A stretch of DNA of 64,000 nucleotides. Source: Agrobacterium sp. 719_389 (GTDB taxonomy: Bacteria > Bacteroidota > Bacteroidia > UBA8524). The translations under genes were made by a program, and so were the position numbers. The DNA is taken from assembly GCA_943370295.1 (NCBI GenBank), contig CALRQL020000008.1, forward strand, positions 46,865-110,864, given 5' to 3'. Below the pieces are notes generated by a model. It ran no database searches. It worked only from the letters and a program-made list of their open reading frames with translations, and was not told the origin of the DNA. Shown one piece after another: positions 63,754-64,000 of this stretch. The stretch's first letter is position 1, and each line of letters begins with the position of its first letter.

Positions 63754-64000
63754 TTGTTAAAACACATCATATATACACTGGTAGGCTCTGTGTGGGCTTT
63801 ATCGGCGGCAGCACAAGGAAACGGCTGTTTCGATGATTTTGCTAAAAATCCTACCTACCAGTGTAATACTCCCTTTAACCCTGTTTGCGCTTGCGACGGC
63901 AAAACCTACTTTAACGAGTGTGATGCTATTAACCACGGGGGAATACAGAATTTTAGTTATACCACAGGGGTTTGCGGCGATTGGGAAATGTTTATAGGCC
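63754..64000 (+). CDS. Secreted Kazal-type domain protein, N-terminal fragment (runs off window; not in ORF track)
   Basis: Hand translation from the TTG at 63754: (M)LKHIIYTLVGSVWALSAAAQGNGCFDDFAKNPTYQCNTPFNPVCACDGKTYFNECDAINHGGIQNFSYTTGVCG... The PVCxCDGKTYxNEC...C pattern is the Kazal signature. Confidence 0.55.
   Translation, partial: MLKHIIYTLVGSVWALSAAAQGNGCFDDFAKNPTYQCNTPFNPVCACDGKTYFNECDAINHGGIQNFSYTTGVCGDWEMFIG

Overview
This window looks like a Bacteroidota chromosomal segment. The evidence is a fused lpxC-fabZ gene in an lpxD / lpxC-fabZ / lpxA cluster, a T9SS C-terminal sorting domain, a PorV/PorQ-like barrel, a DUF4270 gene next to a short glycogen-synthase-like gene and panC, and TAnnTTTG -7 promoter boxes close to start codons. 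Most genes are housekeeping or envelope functions: murA 3' end, glmS, DAHP synthase, panC, pgk, tsaE, rluD, serS, FNR plus ferredoxin, pnuC, and several GT2 and GT-C glycosyltransferases.

Four things stand out:
1. A modular, hairpin-rich repeat family occupies six intergenic loci, with about nine copies of a ~78-nt three-hairpin core plus accessory hairpin modules. One locus holds a three-copy tandem array sitting exactly between two divergent promoters. No transposase is present in the window.
2. An AT-rich accessory block lies downstream of tRNA-Asn(GTT). It begins with a ~69-nt direct duplication of the tRNA 3' end plus its terminator. The two copies bracket an ~0.84-kb cassette holding a P-loop zeta-toxin-like kinase and an overlapping 53-aa ORF that is missing from the ORF track. 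Orphan all-alpha proteins and small resistance or stress genes follow, including a frameshifted GNAT.
3. An AT-rich single-gene islet encodes an RNxxAH (HEPN/Abi-like) protein next to a repeat locus.
4. A tightly coupled operon combines YgiC-like ATP-grasp, YgiB/DUF1190-like and unknown membrane-protein genes.

I saw no CRISPR array, rRNA, integrase or transposase. All family assignments come from motif recognition by eye. No database search was run and no GC values were computed.
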